Shown here: in pieces, positions 63,285 to 64,000 of the stretch | Layout: each line of letters starts with the position of its first letter | Numbering within the stretch: the stretch's first letter is position 1 | DNA from: Callorhinchus milii | Taxonomy: Eukaryota | Direction of reading: 5' to 3' | Length of the DNA: 64,000 nucleotides | Assembly (NCBI RefSeq): GCF_018977255.1 | Contig: NW_024704743.1 | Coordinates: forward strand, 82,834,001-82,898,000 | Translations under genes and position numbers: made by a program | Notes under the pieces: model-generated | What the model saw: the letters and a program-made list of their open reading frames with translations, nothing else | Told to the model about the DNA's origin: nothing | Databases searched by the model: none

Positions 63285-63600
63285 TGAGGCGAGGGAGGGA
63301 GCAAGTTAGAAGGACTCCAGGATGAGTTCCAGAGACTTAGACTGAAAACCTGTCTGCTGATGGTGGGGTAGTGGGGTGGAGGACATGAAGCAGGCTAGTG
63401 CTCACTGAGCAAAGGAAACCGCTAGGTTGGTCGGGTTTGAGGAAGTGACGGAGGTGACAGGTGGGGTAAGACCTTGGAGCGATTTAAAGGTGAGACTGAG
63501 TGCTGGGGGATGGGAAGCCAGTTGAGCCAAGCAAAGTAGGCTTGGAGAGTCTGATGTGGGTTAGAAAATGACTGCAAGGTTCTGGATAGTCTTAAAACTT
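63285..63600 (-). mobile_element. L2 fragment
   Basis: WLNWLPIPQH (LHWLP-like) and gagttccagag motif. Confidence 0.75.
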
Positions 63601-64000
63601 CGTTCAGCCGAATGCCAGACTCCGAACTGTGAATGGAACCAACCAGGCTGCTCACTCCACCTCATAGAACCGGCTTATTTGACCCTCAGCTCTTTCAATC
63701 CCTAAAGCCAATCCTTGCCAAGACCACTTTTCTATTCCTCGAGACCAATGCCCAAAGGAGTATAGTTAAAGTGATCCAAGCTTTCCCAAATAACTGCACC
63801 CTTGACTCCTTACTTGGGTCTGAATGTTTTCAAAAATAGTCCACCACCTGTCAGATTCTGGGCCTTCCAATTTTTGTGCAGGCTTTTCCTTTGAACACAG
63901 AAGAAATGCATATTGAGAGCAGATGATTTGGCCGACGAACTTTCAGTACGTTATAGGACATTACACCAAAATGTTCATTGTAATCTGCTTAACCCTTATT

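Overview
AT-rich, repeat-laden vertebrate genomic DNA. It is not prokaryotic, so the ORF track (many TTG/GTG starts) is almost entirely noise. I found no confidently identifiable protein-coding gene, rRNA, genuine tRNA or CRISPR array. Most recognisable sequence is retroposon debris: many L2 (LINE2) 3' ends from at least two subfamilies, CR1-type fragments, a DeuSINE (SacSINE1/AmnSINE1-like) family, a tRNA-Ala(TGC)-headed SINE family in a long and a short form, and LF-SINE-like relics. This repeat mix suggests a cartilaginous fish, probably a chimaera or shark (inference only). DNA-transposon traces are a 100-bp Tc1/mariner MITE and a ~1.45-kb inverted duplication carrying decayed Harbinger-like Myb/SANT coding sequence. 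Between repeats are motif-rich blocks resembling conserved non-coding elements. Several candidate minus-strand microexons or alternative first exons (16339-16374, 9903-9916, 40545-40616, 41419-41427) suggest the window lies in the 5' introns of a very large minus-strand gene that I cannot name. Repeat boundaries are by-eye estimates and family names come from recalled consensus motifs, not database searches. I found no convincing new biological system; the best leads are the candidate exon series and the large inverted duplication.
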